A stretch of DNA of 64,000 nt, taken from positions 352,284,001 through 352,348,000 of the forward strand of contig OZ024743.1 of assembly GCA_964016885.1 (NCBI GenBank). Direction: 5' to 3'. Under the pieces are notes generated by a model. That model did no database searches and had not been told where the DNA came from. It worked only from the letters and a program-made list of their open reading frames with translations. The position numbers and the translations under genes were made by a program. This document shows positions 35,856 through 50,356 of this stretch, piece after piece (positions within the stretch are counted from its first letter, which is position 1; every line of letters begins with the position of its first letter). This stretch comes from Eledone cirrhosa. Lineage: Eukaryota.

Positions 35856-36735
35856 CATACCCAACGTATCAATTGTTTTGCTTTTTGAGATGATGAAAAT
35901 AGCATTTTCTATTAATCATCACCATCAACATCACTTTTATTATTATTATTATTGTTGTTGTTGTTGTTGTTGTTAGTGGTCGTGGTCATAGTGGTAGTAG
36001 AAGTAATACCCCTAGGCGTTATTATTGTTCATTTAGCTTGGGTTTGAATTTATCAATAAAATTCTTTTCTTTTCTATATATACACATGTACATGCACACA
36101 GATACACATGTATATATATTGAGTGAGTGTGAAAGATAGAAGTTCATTATTGCTACTCAGTGGATATGTATATTTCGCAAAGGGATAAGGTAAGATATTC
36201 ATATTTTTACTTTACTCTAAATTTTATGTGCTATAAAATGATTATACCTCTACAACACAAGATATTTTAACAATTTTTAATACAATTTTCACTTGAATAA
36301 GAATGTGTCAATTAGTTAGAAAATATTAACTACAAAAATTAACTCATGAAATAGAGGATTTTAAAGTTGATCCAAGGTTTCTAATACTTTTGTCTTATTA
36401 AGGTTATTTTCTTAAATAATTAAAGCATTCTCTTCTAAGTGAACATTTTTATTCGTGGAATTGAGGGTATATCCTAGTAGTGGGTTGTAATAATTACCGT
36501 TATCTACCTCGGTAAGTATCTTACAAAGTGTATCATCAAAAATCTTATAATTCTACATCAACCAATCATAATTGAATAAAGTTATAAAACATTATTCTTT
36601 CAGCAGTACATATTTCCATAAAACACCAAAATAGGTAAGCTACTCATATATTGAACACACCTTGTGTCCTCCCATTCTCCCTCTCTCGCTCTCTCTCTCT
36701 CTATATATATATATATAGTGTGTGTGTGTGTGTAA

Positions 36736-36776
<41 letters not shown>

Positions 36777-36949
36777 GTGTGTGTAAGTATATATATAGTG
36801 TGTGTGTAAGTATATATATATATATATATTGTGCATGTGTAAGTATATATATATATATATATTGTGTGTGTGTAAGTATATATATAGTGTGTGTGTAAGT
36901 ATATATATATATACATTGTGCATGTGTAAGTATATATATATATATATAA

Positions 36950-37480
36950 TTAGGATTTAGCTTCAGGTATAGCTGTATACAGATATCTATCGAAATTTTG
37001 TATTTCTAAGGAAACACGATATATTTACAGGTAAACATTTAGAAAGCCATATCTATGCAAAAAACACCAGGGCTACCACCCTCTGGTGGTGTCCAGCAGA
37101 AGCAAGGGGGACAATCGTCGATGCATTTTGGACTTAACTGGTCATCATCAGGACGATTCCCACCACACTTGCGACTGCTGGACTTGAGAACAGTCGAGAA
37201 TACATAGTTTTCTCATCTGTGTAAATGAAGTGATTAATCTCATGTGCATATGAAGCTGCATAAGTTGGCTCAACTTATAATAGAATAGAAATAGGATTTA
37301 GGTTCAGGCATAGCTGTATACAGATATGTATAGAAATTTCGTATTTGAGTATCGACGATTGTCCCCTTGCTTCTGCTGGACACCAGCAGAGGGCGTTAGC
37401 ACCGGTGTTTTTTGCATAGCTACGGATTTCTAAATGTTTACCTGTAAATATATTGTTTCCTTAGAAATACGAAATTTCTA
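36950..37480. mobile_element. PLE-type pseudo-LTR relic with direct and inverted partial copies
   Basis: 36951-37005 is repeated at 37292-37346. 37351-37480 is the reverse complement of about 36990-37122. Contains a hammerhead-like motif. Confidence 0.6.
37113..37158 (-). ncRNA. Minimal hammerhead with G12A substitution (probably inactive)
   Basis: AAUCGUC CUGAUGA U GAC-CAGUUAA-GUC C AAAA UGCA UC^ GACGAUU: 7-bp stem I and palindromic AUGCAU. Confidence 0.65.
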
Positions 37481-37485
37481 TACAT

Positions 37486-37518
<33 letters not shown>

Positions 37519-37544
37519 CGATATCAAATCAACTTTTTATACAT

Positions 37545-37585
<41 letters not shown>

Positions 37586-37639
37586 CGATACCAAATCAAC
37601 TTTTCAAATAGAAGTCGAAGTTGAAAGGTATGTCGAATC

Positions 37640-37859
37640 TATCTATTTATAAGACTGTTTATATTGTATTTTGTCTGAAGAAGGCATAACATATTTTTAA
37701 TATGATATCCCTGAAATATATATAATGAAATAAATATGGTTTTATAAATATAGTTTCCATTTATTTAATATCGTAAATATACTCCAAATACTTGTTGAGT
37801 GCTTTTATATCAGTTATAAATATTTACTCGTTGTTAACCCAACAATTTAAATAAAACTT

Positions 37860-37862
<3 letters not shown>
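37640..37862 (+). mobile_element. Diverged PLE-A-type pseudo-LTR with hammerhead (37667-37732) ending in (TA)n
   Basis: TATTTTGT CTGAAGA different stem II GAAA TATATA TA^ ATGAAATA. Downstream sequence aligns with 26051-26188. Confidence 0.75.
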
Positions 37863-37919
<57 letters not shown>

Positions 37920-38619
37920 AGAGAGAGAGGTTTGGTAATCTAGAAAATTATATGATATTTGATCATTTGATTGAAATTTCTATATATTATTTAAAATTGT
38001 TGAAATATATATGAAATTAATTATTCCTAATAGTATTATAACATAGGATTTATTTTTTTCTATACACTTTTATTTTTATTGTATTTTTCCAAATATTTAC
38101 ATTTTTACCATTATATTCACATAAGGGTTGAAATATTATAATATATTCATGTGTAGGACACCCATAAAAAGGTATTGCAATAGAAACATTGTGGAAAATC
38201 AGATTTTCACTTTTTACCTACAAATGCAAATGTGAAAGATATATAGAGTAGAAATAATGCAGACACAAAAGGGTTTTAAGAATTATTGCTCATAGTCAAG
38301 CCATTTCTTGAAGAGAAAAAGTCGAAAGAGATAATGTTCCAAATTTTATTTTTTCATATCACTTGCATAACAAATGATAATATAAGGTTATGAGGAGGAA
38401 TATTAATATTTTACCTGGTTTAATTTATATCAACCATTCAACCAGTATGGTTAAACAGTAACTAAAATATTATTTTGAAAATATATATTAGTAGTGTATT
38501 TACTCTAGTAATCCTAGTAATGTATTAGTAATTACATATTGAAAAATTGTGTATATTCATTTTTACCAATATGGGGTATTTTTAATTAAGTTTTAATCTT
38601 GAATATCAAGAATATTACC

Positions 38620-40887
38620 CCTACCAAATGGAAAATAAAAAGCACAAATCTGGATCACTGAAATGTAAAGAGTGACATGAACCAGAAAGGCAGGAGTCAG
38701 CTAAGCGGTGCAGGTCTATTACAGATTTTATAATACTGCAATCACCATCCACATCAATGTCCAGTTCTGAAACAAGAAACAAGAAACAAGACCCATGGTG
38801 ATGATGCAGTGACATGCAAGTTGCAAGATCAGGGAAGAGTTACTTTCGATGTAGATACAAATATAAGTGCATCCTTTTATAATTAACCCAGGCCCAGTAC
38901 TATTTCTGGTTTCATTGTTCCGGTATCTGTACTGCCTGTAGTTGCAACATCCGGGTACATAGCTTTAATTAGTGATGGGCAATCAGATATTACTTCAGAC
39001 ATAAATGACTTGGTTTCTGAAGCACATTCTGTAAATGAACCTTTTCAAGAAAATGAAAGATCAGCTACTGGAATCTTCCAACGTCCATCGCGATCAAATC
39101 TGAAACAGTTTTTTGCTGAACATCCATGTCAGCCACTTGATGGCCTACTGTTTGGTGCTCATTTGTATGAGAGGAAAATTACAAATGACTCAGTCCCAAG
39201 AAAATGGCTTACATACAACAAAGAAAATAGATGCTTATAATTGTCATACTGCTTAGCGTTTGAGTCTCCCAACACTTGTAATCTATCACCCTTTGTATGT
39301 GGCTTTAATAATTACAGGCATGTTAGGCAGAGCTTGGCTTTACATGAATCTACAACACATCAAAAATGCTCAGCAATATATCAGTGTGGTTAATGATGGC
39401 ACCTTAGATAATTTTTTTGCAGCAGCACTAATTAAAAGGAAAGAGGAAGTGTTGAAGCAGAGAAGTATTGTCATGAGAATTATAGACATCATAAAGATGT
39501 TAAGCAAGCAAGCATTTCCTTTTCGAGGTTATGGAAATGAATCAACCTACACTCTGGATAATGAGGTTCTGAATCATGGCAATTTTTTAGCTACAGTGCT
39601 GTTGATGGCTAAATATGACACCATTATGGCAGCTCACATTTCTGCAGTGCAAAACAGGTTTGGACAAAGAATCAAACGATTGGAACAAGAAGGAAAGGCT
39701 CAAAGTAAAGGCTGTGGTCGACTTGTTATATACTCTTGCAAAACAACTATTAACGTGTTAATCCAAATTATAAAGAATATGATACAAGAAAGAATTGGTC
39801 ATAAAGTTTCTAAAGCAATATATTATTCTATTCAGGTTGATTTAACACAAGATAATTCATCTATCTATCAGTTTAGCATTGTTATTAAGTATGTGCTTAA
39901 AGGTGTTATCTGCAAGTGACTATTTTCAGTTGTGCCAAGTAATAATTGTACAGGACAGGGACTTTTTGATCTATTGAGTGTAACACTACAGCATTTTAAA
40001 ATTGACCCCCCAAAATGTTTATGTTGCAAGCTACCATGGGCATTATAATGGATTACAAAGTAAAATTGCTGATGTGGCAGATCAACATGTCATATATGGT
40101 GTTATGCTATATATGGTTAAGTGGTTTAGATATGTTTACTGCATAGAGTTTGGTAGATTCAGCTACAACCATGTTGAAGGCACAGAGAAGAACATTTGAT
40201 AACGTTCATAGCAAGGCTTTAGAATTTGTAAATAAATGTAATGACAAGATTTCACAGAGGAATATGGATGAAAAAACAATTACTGGAAATTGATACTTTG
40301 GAAACAGCATTGCCAGTTCAAAGACAGAGGAAGAAAGAAAGAATGACAGATGAACTTGTTAATAATGAAGGAAATTACTCAGATTCTCTAGCTGATTTTC
40401 AAGAAAATGTGTCTAACCTAATAATGGATTGCATTATCCAGTTGCAGCATTAGATGTTATTATTAAGTTGTTTCCAGAAATCAGCAAAGATCAAGTAAAA
40501 TTAGAATTGTGTTCTTTTGCTTCAAACTTTAATGATGGTGAGAATATGGGTTCCATTTGCAACAACTATAAATTTTGTACCACTTGCCCATCGTGTGTAC
40601 TAAGAATTCTGACATCCAACAGACTTCATGACAAGGCATATGATAATCTTTATGAACTTTATAAAGTTATCTGCACACTATCAGTTACCCAATTCCAATG
40701 TGAGAGGATATTTTCAAAGCTAAAGATCACAGAGACAAGGTTAAGAAATTTGCTATCTAAGGAGAACTTGATATCCTACATGTTGCTATCCATTGAAAAA
40801 GAATTGTTAGATGAATTGGATGCAGAAGCAGTTATTGGTAGATTTGCACAATCATCCAGTGAACTCAAACGACTGCTCTTAATATAG
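38620..40887 (+). pseudogene. hAT-family transposase relic (ZMYM1/Tip100-like)
   Basis: RKWLTY, FPFRG...NHGNFLA, YYSIQVDLTQD and dimerization-domain CERIFSKLK...LRN...MLLSIE. Many stops. Possible right end TCCGCCACT near 41596. Confidence 0.8.
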
Positions 40888-41795
40888 TGGACTGCATGAA
40901 ATACACTTGAACTATTTGTTAATGTGTAAAGTGTGCAGTACAATTAAGCTATTTTAAAATATGCCCCAATTATTTAAAAGTTTTGAAAATTGGTACATGT
41001 ATAATTTACTGTTACTTTGCAAAATTTATAAGGGCCTTATAAAAATAGTAATGGCAAGAGCAGGGGAAACCGAATAATAGAAGGATGTAAAATATTAAAA
41101 GTAGAAGAAATCAAAACCATGAAAGAAATCTCCTTTGTAAAGAGCAAACAAATAAATGATGTATATGTATGAAGATGTGGTATTGACTGCAATGCCGTGA
41201 TTTTTATAAGAAAACAGTTATCTCTTTGACAGTAAAAAGTCTTCATTAAAAATACTGAAATTGATTTATAGATTTATAGAAATTTATTTTCAGTTTGGTT
41301 AAAACTTTTCAAAATAACAGTATACATTCACAATTATTTAACAATTCAATTATAATATTCTGTATTTACATTTGGTATTACTGTATACTGCCAGTAATAT
41401 GTATAGTATATATGCACTATAATTGGTAAAAAAAAAAAGCAACATTTTTTCCCTGCAGAAATTTTATTGCACCTTTTTGTTTCCAGTTATGTATTTTTTG
41501 AAAATGTTGTTTATTCGTTATAAAAATTAAATGTTAGTATTCTGTATATGGGTGGGTCTCCTTTATCTCCTGGCAACCAATATATTTAGACCCAGTCCGC
41601 CACTCCTTCGGAGGGTAAGTTCTATTTTAATTTTATATTTCCAAACATCCAAATTCAACACTAGTCTCAGCAAATAACCTGGCAGAAGTTGTGAAAGTTG
41701 CATAAATATTTTTATATATTTTCCCAATGCAATCGTTGTTTACATTTTATTTACACCCTAATGCATAAAGATGTAAATTTATAATATTGAGAACC

Positions 41796-42901
41796 TCATC
41801 GTCTGTTAAGTAGAACAATAAAAATAATTGCAATATTCAATATAAAAAAGTACTTATTTCTATTTTTGTTATCTTTCAGTTGTAGAGTGCTGTTAACAAA
41901 ATTATCCTTGTTTCTTAGTCTAGAAACTACATTATACAAGGTCTTCTGAATGTATACCACCTTTTTTTGATTGTGTCCATAGTCACTTATGGACACTATA
42001 ACAGGCCCATTCACATAATTCTTGGAATAATAAGTTTTCAAATTGGTTCCATGAAATCGGTTGTCAGTACATTTTACATTAATGTTTAGCATTTCTGATA
42101 ATACACCAATCCAAACATCATCAGGCATGAGCATACGGTTCTTTAATGATGCCAGATAAAGTTTGTTGATTACATTAATAGGTGCTATGTAACCAACACC
42201 ATGACAATATCTAGGATAATACTTTCCTTTATACATATATTTCTGATCTAACTCACGAAACTGTTGGTAATTATTTTGATTTGATATACCATTGCCAAGA
42301 CAGAAACAAATAGAAAATTGTTCTTCATAGTTAATTTGATACAATTCGTTACGAAGAAATTGTACAAGTTTGTATTGGTCAATAAAAAGTTCATCATTTA
42401 ATATCATAACATAATCTGCATTGGCACAAAACTCAACACTCCACTTCCATGCCATAATTGTCTTCAAATAAACATTTAAATAAGATTCTTCAAAATCCTC
42501 TTGAAGAATATCTCCGTATATTTTACTCTCCTCGTGAATGAGGGATTCAGTTGTTGAGTTACTTGTTTTAGCAAAAAGAAAAACATGTTTGATGATGATA
42601 TCTTTTGAGTAATAATCTTGTGGAACATTCAGAAAAATTTTTATTAATGTTTCCCTCCGATCAAAATGACTGTAGATTGTACGAACGGCATAAAGAAGCA
42701 ATACCCTTTCATATTGAGAGCACAGAGTTGGTTCATTGATGAGATATTTAAAAACATGTTCATATGGCTGAGGGTTTTTATAGTACATTTCGTCAACCTT
42801 TGATCCTTTTGGTTGAGATCTAATAACAATCTTAGTATTTTTCAATGTCTCTTTTCTTTCAGTAAAGTAAGTTGAAGGTACTTTTTGTATATCGAAAAAA
42901 T
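41796..42901 (-). CDS. Terminal exon of a GT31 beta-1,3-galactosyltransferase-like gene
   Basis: Uninterrupted frame with EESKIYGDILQEDFEESYLNVYLKT, FCANADYV, YPRYCHGVGY and DDVWIG. Splice acceptor ttttgtttttgttttctAG ends at 42902 and the frame is open up to it. The upstream exon was not located. Confidence 0.85.
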
Positions 42902-43184
42902 CTAGAAAACAAAAACAAAATTGAGGTGTATATGAAAGCGTATATAATATTTTTTGTATAATAAATATATATAGCTCTTGTTACAAATGTTTTAAACTGT
43001 GATTATGTCACAGCTATCTCGGTAGCCATGTGATAATGCCAGATGCTAGCATTACAGAATTTTTATCCATTAACAAAACCAAGAGTGAAATAAACAAATG
43101 CAGAAAAAAAAACCCTAGTACATGACCTTCAAGTAGAATGTAGGTGTCGAGGTGAGAACAATGAATGGCTAAAAACTGAATGCA

Positions 43185-43720
43185 GATATCAGGTACCTAG
43201 GAAGGTGGATGAGCAGCTCTGATACTGATATCAAAACCAGGAAAGCTTGTGCATAGACAGCATGCTATAAACTACAGAAAATCTGGGAGTCATGACTGCC
43301 AACAAGAACAAAAATAAGGTTGTTCCTAGCTACTAGTGAATCAGTGTTCTTATATGGTAGAGAGAAATGGACACTAATAAAACAAACAAAACAAAAAGAG
43401 TTTTGATGGCTACTGCACAATGATGCTACATGTAATCCGTCATGTGAAGTGGCAACATTGAATAACAAATGAATACCTGTATTGAATCCTTCCAAAAGTA
43501 AAAAAGAAATTCAATGAATGTTGATTCTATCTATCAAGATATTGTGAATGGCATTCTGAAGAGGAAATATCAAAGCTGGCCTTGTGGAATCCACGGCATG
43601 GAATAGGAAGGCGTTATTCAATACATTGACAATCTAAAGCAGAATACTGAAGCTGACCATGATGGACAGAGAAGTGTGGAATAGAGACAGTATAACTGTG
43701 GTCCATGTAAGAGTACAAGC
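43185..43720 (+). mobile_element. Decayed RTE LINE 3' fragment
   Basis: Translates as YLG.W...DIKTRKA...LQKIWES...KIRLFLATSESVFLYGREKWTL. Confidence 0.6.
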
Positions 43721-44451
43721 TTGTATTATGTTGCAGTACCAGTAATGTACTGGGTAATTGCTGGCCTTGTGCCAAATGTAGAAACAATTATGTTGTATAT
43801 ACAAGTTTATGCCTATATAAGAAAGCTCAAAATCCATTCAATGGCCTGAGTGACAGAGACACAACTGACTGGTAATTTCAAATCCAAGACAAACTACAGA
43901 GTGGCATAGAAAGGTCTTTTTCAATATTATCTGAAATTTCCATTAGATCCCTTGATGGCAACTCCAAAATATATTGGGATTAATAATATTTCCAAGGTAA
44001 CATTATCTTTTATTCTTATTCTTTTTTCCTCTTCTCTACTCAACCTTATTTCTCTCATCAACTGATTCTGTTGCATTAATATCTACAACCTTAACCTGCA
44101 TTGTACTGGCTTCAAAGGCAACCAATTCTCATATTCCAAAATGATTCCAGAAAACTAAAACACTTTCTTATATATGAGATGTGTGTGTGTGTGTACATGT
44201 GATGACACAGGACTGAGATCTCTGGTGTTATGCAGTAATACAGAAGACCCACATTTCCATGAGCACAGGTTGAAGCATACATCAAGTATGCACCACCTTC
44301 ACCTCCATCCCCTTCCATACACCTCAAACGTCCTAACACTCTACCCATGTTCTAACAGGTATCCAACGCCCTAACACTCCACCCCCCACACACACGCCCC
44401 TAGATCTACCTCCCCAATCTCTGTACACCTCTTCCACCCAATTCCCCAGCC

Positions 44452-44722
44452 TACACTGTAAAGTGGGTGTGTAGGTGACATGACAAAAAGTGCCCAGTCC
44501 ATGCTGTAAAATGGTTGTGTAGGTGTCATAACAAAAAGCACCTAGTATACACTGTAAATATAGTTGGCATTAGAAAAGGCATCCTGTTGTAGAAACCAAG
44601 CCAAAATCAGTTCTGCAGGAGTCAGACATGGCCATCTGGCTTGGCTTGTCTCACAATGAGACAACTTTTCTAACCCATGCTACATGGAAAAATGGACTTT
44701 AAATGGTGGTGGTGATGATGCA
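44452..44722 (+). mobile_element. Second SINE family fragment with ~47-bp internal tandem repeats
   Basis: Repeated ctgtaaa..gtgtaggtg.cat.acaaaaag units, followed by gttggcattagaaaaggcatcc and a 3' end aacccatgc...taaatggtggtggtgatgatg. Confidence 0.45.
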
Positions 44723-44849
44723 TATGTAAGTGTTTGAGTGTGTAGGTATCTTCACTTGTGTGCGTGCATGCATGTACATGTGTGTATATATGTGTTTATG
44801 TCCGTGTGTTCTTTTTTTAAGAGTCTTTTATAAATGATGTCATCAGGCA

Positions 44850-46070
44850 ATCTGTGGTCATATTTTCAAAGACAAAATATTCAATGCCCACCTCTTTGCT
44901 AAGTGCAAAATTAGAGACATTGGGTCCTTTCTCATCCCTTCTGTATGTGTGGACACTTGAGTCACTACTGTGGAAGCTGAAGCTGTTGCAAAGCATCCTG
45001 CTTGAACCAGAATGTGGAAGGGATGCATCAGAATGATGAGAGCAAAAATCAACCTAGACAAGTTGGTGGGTTTGTAGCTAGGTCTATGGAGAGGCAAATC
45101 CATGCCATTCAACAGTGTTATTGGGTGCTGAATGAATTGACTGGTCAAGCTGCTCAGGTTCTAGTTTGATCTGGATCTCAAGGTGGATAGGAACCGAGAA
45201 GAGGTAATGAACTGGGTAGTCGCTCTCACCAGAAATTGGCCAAGAGGAAGCTATCACTGAAAGATCAGATACTAGTGGTTAGGTGTACATTGTGTCCATC
45301 ATCCATTACTGCTTGACTGTCATGTACTGTTCTTTGGAGCACCTGCTCTTTCATTTCTGGTGGAATGGACAGGTTCCACTGGTCAGATTGTCCATCTGCT
45401 GCCAACATGCTTTGCATGGATGGTGCAGAATATCATGGCGGATAATGCACAAACATGCATTAAGGCTACGGCATTTGCAGATATTCCTCAACGCTAAACA
45501 AGTGTGGGCGCCATTTGTGAGGTATGTCTGTCTGCAGCTCACCTCTTTGACTGAGCTGCAGCTTTCGGTCAAGCAAAGATTGAGAATGAGTGTCTGGCAT
45601 CTGAAATGCTGTTAGATGCTCACAGCCCTCTGCCACATTAGTGTTGTTTAGAGGACTAGTGGTAGCAAGTACTACGACGTCCTTGGGGAGTATCTGGACG
45701 TCCGGAGGACTTTTGGTCTGGTGCTTATGAATAATTTCCAGAAATCCTGGACCTGGCAGTGTTACCAGGGGCATTGCTGGTTTGAGACAAACTCTACAGG
45801 TATGGAACTGTGGTCAGATGGAGCTGTCCAAGATGCACACAGAGTAATGAAACTATTCTGTACACACTCGTCTAGTGTTTGGGTATTGCTGATTTATGGA
45901 GTTTTGTCAAACAGCTTTTCTCCCATTTAGGATGGATCTGGCTATCGGCCTACTCCATTGCCCTGCCACCTTCCTTTGCCTGTGAAGGGATGGCAGTTTT
46001 TCTGTCTGGTGGTTATGATGCAAGATGTTGTGTTCATAATGTTTTCAGCCCTAGTGGCCAATAAAAGAAT
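44850..46070 (+). mobile_element. L1/Tx1 LINE 3' fragment, decayed
   Basis: SSLLYVWTLESLL, CCQHALHG, NNFQKS are homologous to 50632-52100. The 3' end gccctagtggccaataaa is followed by (ATC)/(ATT). Confidence 0.75.
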
Positions 46071-46285
46071 CATCATCATCATTATTGTTATTATTGTTTC
46101 TTCACCCAGCTTCTAATACTGAAGATGTTTTACAGGGTTAGCTGTTTACTACCAGTGAATTAAGGTAAACCCCTTATTTTTCAAGTATCCTCTGGAGTAT
46201 TCAAACTGTTCCAAGCAATCCTGTTTTTTGTAAGTGTTCTATCCACATTGCAATCCCTATTTGTTTAATGTACTTTATATTATTA

Positions 46286-49200
46286 CAACCACAACAACAT
46301 CAGTCACAACATGAACATCAATAACAATAGCACTAATAACACCAACGACAATAACAATGGCAGCAACAACAACAATGACAATAACAATGGCAGCAACAAC
46401 AGCAGCAACAACAACAACGTGAACAACGACAACAAAATGACCAACACAACCTTTACCAGCAAGAACAACAACAACAAAAACAACAACAATGTGAACAATA
46501 AAATAAATGACACAGACAGCAACAACAACAACAGCAACACGAACAACAACAACACATTTTCTGCCATGGCAGCTAAGAAAAGGCCATGTTTTCACATGGA
46601 CCCAACAAATAAAGAACAATGTTTGGCCTAGTCATGAAAGATAATCAAACGTATAAAAACCTGGGCAAACCTAAACATCCTGGCTGAGGCAGTGGAGCAC
46701 AGAACAATTATATACAGATGTATTTCAGTGAGAAGTGAAGTTGACCCCTCAAGCTGACATTGAAGCCGCACTGAAGTGCAGCAAGGATGACAGTGAGATC
46801 AAGACAAGGGGCAGGAAATTTATCTCCATCTCAGTGCTGTTTAAGTCTGAAGACCCACCAATCATGGTGGCCGAACCACTCGACCTCCACAAGCCCCAGT
46901 AAACCTTTCCTCTCTCTTTTAGCCAGCCAATATGGCCATCATAAGAATAGGATGCTTGAATGGTTACAGCCTGGAGTTGTCCTGGAGGTAGGGTCATCTG
47001 CTGAACAACCTTAAGTCACCAGATATGGATGTGACTGCCATCAGTGAGACCAGGATTTCAGACATGCATGCACTAACCCCCACTTTCAATGACTAACAGA
47101 TGTTCACGTATCTTACTCAGCTTGGAATGGGAGATGGGTTGGCAGTGCTGTTTAGGAAAGGCATGGAACTCAAAGTGAGGTCAATCATCCTGGACCCGGA
47201 TGATAAATTGGTGGTCCTGTTGCAATAGCAAAGGGGTTGCCTTTAGATTGGTGACTGTTTATGACCCTGATTGGACCTGGACGACCAGATTTCTTTAGGT
47301 GCCTGGAAGCATTTTTGGGAAAGTCTCACCCTTTACTGTTCACAGGGGGCTGGAATAGCATCTTAGAAGCACGTTGGGATTGTATGGGAGTAGCTGATAG
47401 GAGCAGGGGGTGCAAAAGCCTCAAGTACTTGATCAGCCATTTTGAACTGACTGACAAGTACCAACTAGATTTCCCTAATGTGCCAATGTGGACCTGGACC
47501 AACCGCATAGGGTCATTTGTATCATATATAGATAGGTTATTTATTAGGTCAATAGATATCGATAGTATAGGTTGTCCACATTTTCAGACATTTGCCTATT
47601 CAGATCACAAATTTGTGATCTTCATGGTCGACCTAGATAGGACACGTAGGTTTGAACTTGGTTACTGGAAGCTGAACATGTCGTTTCTGGCATTTAAAGA
47701 CTACAGGGACTGGGTTACCACTTTAGTTAAGTGTAAGTTGACAGAGGGGGAGGGGGTAACAACAGGTGGGGGGCTCTCAATAGAGAGATTAGAGTAATGT
47801 CAATAGGCTTTAGTAAAGAAGTAGCACTAGGAAAAAATAGCTAAATTAGATGAGACGATTAGAACTGGTATTACTAGTGTACAAACGCATGCTGAATGAC
47901 CCCAGGCAGATGTGTGCGGCCTTTTGCCAGCATTTTGCTCAGCTATTCGAATTTCCTACTTCGACAGCCTCCCACAACTCTTCCCAGCCAATGCTCAGTG
48001 CTGCGAAAGGCCAATAATATCAACCGAGATTTGGGATGCCCTGGTTGGTTGCACGAAGTGGAAGTCACCAGGTTTGGATGAACTGTGCTACGAATTTTAC
48101 AAAGAAATGTTAGAATTGTTCTCTGATCTCCTCAAAGTAGTCTTCTGCAGGTGACATCAGAAAAGGAGTATTCCCAGTTCTGTGAGCCAGGGCGTAGCAA
48201 CGCTGATGAGGAAAGATAAGGACAAGAAGGATACTTTAGATAATTTCAGGCCCGTAACTTAAGATTTTGGCCTAGATGTTAGCGAAGAGTTTGGTGCTTG
48301 ATGAGAGTCTGGAAGGGGAGATGGAAAATTGCACAATCCTGATTAGCTCCATACATGACGTCCTCAACCTTATGTGATACATTATAGAGAGGGTAGGGTA
48401 TAAACCTGGCTTTGATGGGGTTATGATCAATTTAGATCAATTGAAAGCTTTCGATAGGGTCAACCATCGATACCTGGAGGCTGTACTCAAGGCAACTGTC
48501 TTCAGAGGGTGGATTGCAGCATTGCACAGTGGTATCTGCTCAATGCTCAAAGTAAATGGCCACCTCTTGGAACCGTTTCAGGTCTCGCAATTGGTCTCTC
48601 CTCCCTTCTGTATGTATTGACTCTTGAGCCTTTACTGCAGAATTTGGAGCTATTGCAGGACATCCCACTTGAACCGCGATGTGGGAGGGCTGTGTTGGCA
48701 TATGCAGATGGCATCACCATGATGATATTGAACACCACGGAAATTGAGGTGGTTGGTACCTTCTTAGAAGAATATGAAAGGTTGACAGGAGCAAAACTGA
48801 AACTGGAATAGACTGTGGGTTAGCAGCACGGCACCTGGAGAGGCAAATCGATGCCATTTAACAGTGTTGTTGGACACTGGACATATGGATCAGTGAAGTA
48901 GGTTGAGGTCTAGTTCAGACTGGACCTCCAGGGGGATACAAACTGGGACAAGATAACAAGAAGGGCAGTCACTCTCACCCAGGAATGGGCTGAGAGGAAG
49001 CTATCTCTGAAAGGCCAAGCAGAGGTGGTGAAGCCGTACATTGTGTCCATCATCTACTACCGCCTGACCATTGTGCCTCAACAAATTGGAACATCTGCCT
49101 TTTCATTTTTTGTGGAAGGGACAGGTTCCATTGGTAAGGCAGTTCATCTTCTGCCACCACCCTCTATATGGAGGTCTGGGCATACCGTAACTGATGATGT

Positions 49201-50295
49201 GCAAACACACACTGAGGCTATAGCATCTCCAGATATTCTTAAACAATGGACATGTATGGTCGCCATTTGCAAGACAGGCTTTCTGCAGTTCATCTCTCTG
49301 ACCTAGCTGTAGTCCTGGGTCATGAAGGGCCCAAGACTGGGTGCTTGTCATCTGTAATGTTGCCAGACACTCAATGCCTTCCACCAAGAAGGCAAAGTAG
49401 TCAGTGGAAATTCCACTCTCGAGTTCTATAGAGGATTAGTGGCAGGCAAGTGTGACGATGTTCTTGGAGAGGTGCTGGTCTTTGACAAAATTGAACTGAC
49501 CAGTCTGTTCTGGAGGACTTTCGAGCTGGGAACTATGGATAACTTCCAGAAATCCCTTGCTTGGCAGTGCTACCGGAGGGCACTGCTAGTTTGAGATAAA
49601 CTCTACAGGCATGGAAACGCTGTTAGATGGACCTGCTCGAGATGCTCACAGAACAACAAAACCATTCTGCACGCACTCATCCAGTGTCTGTGCATTACTG
49701 ACTTGTGGACTAATGTTAAACGGCTTTTGTTTTATGTAAGAAAGACTGATTTGGCTATCCACTGAGTCCATAGTGAAAATTGCTCTGCTGCCTTCTTTTG
49801 GTTGGGAACAGCAGGCAGTTTTTCTCTGTCTGGTGGCCGTTGTGAAAGAGGTTGTGTGGTGGACCAAGTTGAAAAGACTGAAGTCAGAGACTTTCCTCTT
49901 TGGCCAATCCTCATCAACTTTTTCAAGTTTCACTTGGAAAGGAAGGTGAGGGCGGAGAGAAAAGTGCTGCTCCCCAGTACATTTGTTAAAAGGTGGATGA
50001 ATGTTGTAAGAATGTCCTTTGTGAATAGGTCTACTCAGAGCATTTGCCTGTAGGCTGGTTCATTTAGAGACGAGAAGGCGCCCTTTTTGTGTGCTCTTCG
50101 AGCATCAAGTAGTTTATAGGATTTGAAGGGTTCCTAAATCACCCTAGGTGGTCATCCCCCTAGTGTTGTAATTCTGTTGTCTATTGTTATTTGTTTGTTA
50201 ATTTCTTTCTACTTGATTAATTGTAAGCCCCACTGTCCTTATCTATTATATTGTCTCCATTTTTGTTGGCCCTTGTGGTAAACAAAAAGAAATAA
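46286..50295 (+). mobile_element. L1/Tx1 LINE, decayed copy with ORF1 largely deleted
   Basis: Asn-rich 5' part, APE motifs (SET, YIDRLF, YSDHK) and RT motifs (KSPGLD, KAFDRV, YADG). The 3' end ggcccttgtgg matches the neighbouring copy. Confidence 0.85.
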
Positions 50296-50356
50296 CAATA
50301 ATTATTTCTACTTTTGGCACAAGGTCAGAAATAATAATAATAATAATAATAATAAT

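Larger units (their letters stand above)
31203..36073 (-). mobile_element. Near full-length PLE family C (Neptune-like) with two direct ~660-bp pseudo-LTRs
   Basis: Direct repeats at about 31203-31860 and 35413-36073 (offset about 4210). RT motifs KQADKGG, LRPII, FDVVSLYTNI, GTAMG, RYLDD, LPFLDI. Linker CNDNRCGTC and GIY-YIG LIYCIKC..YVGQT. Confidence 0.92.
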
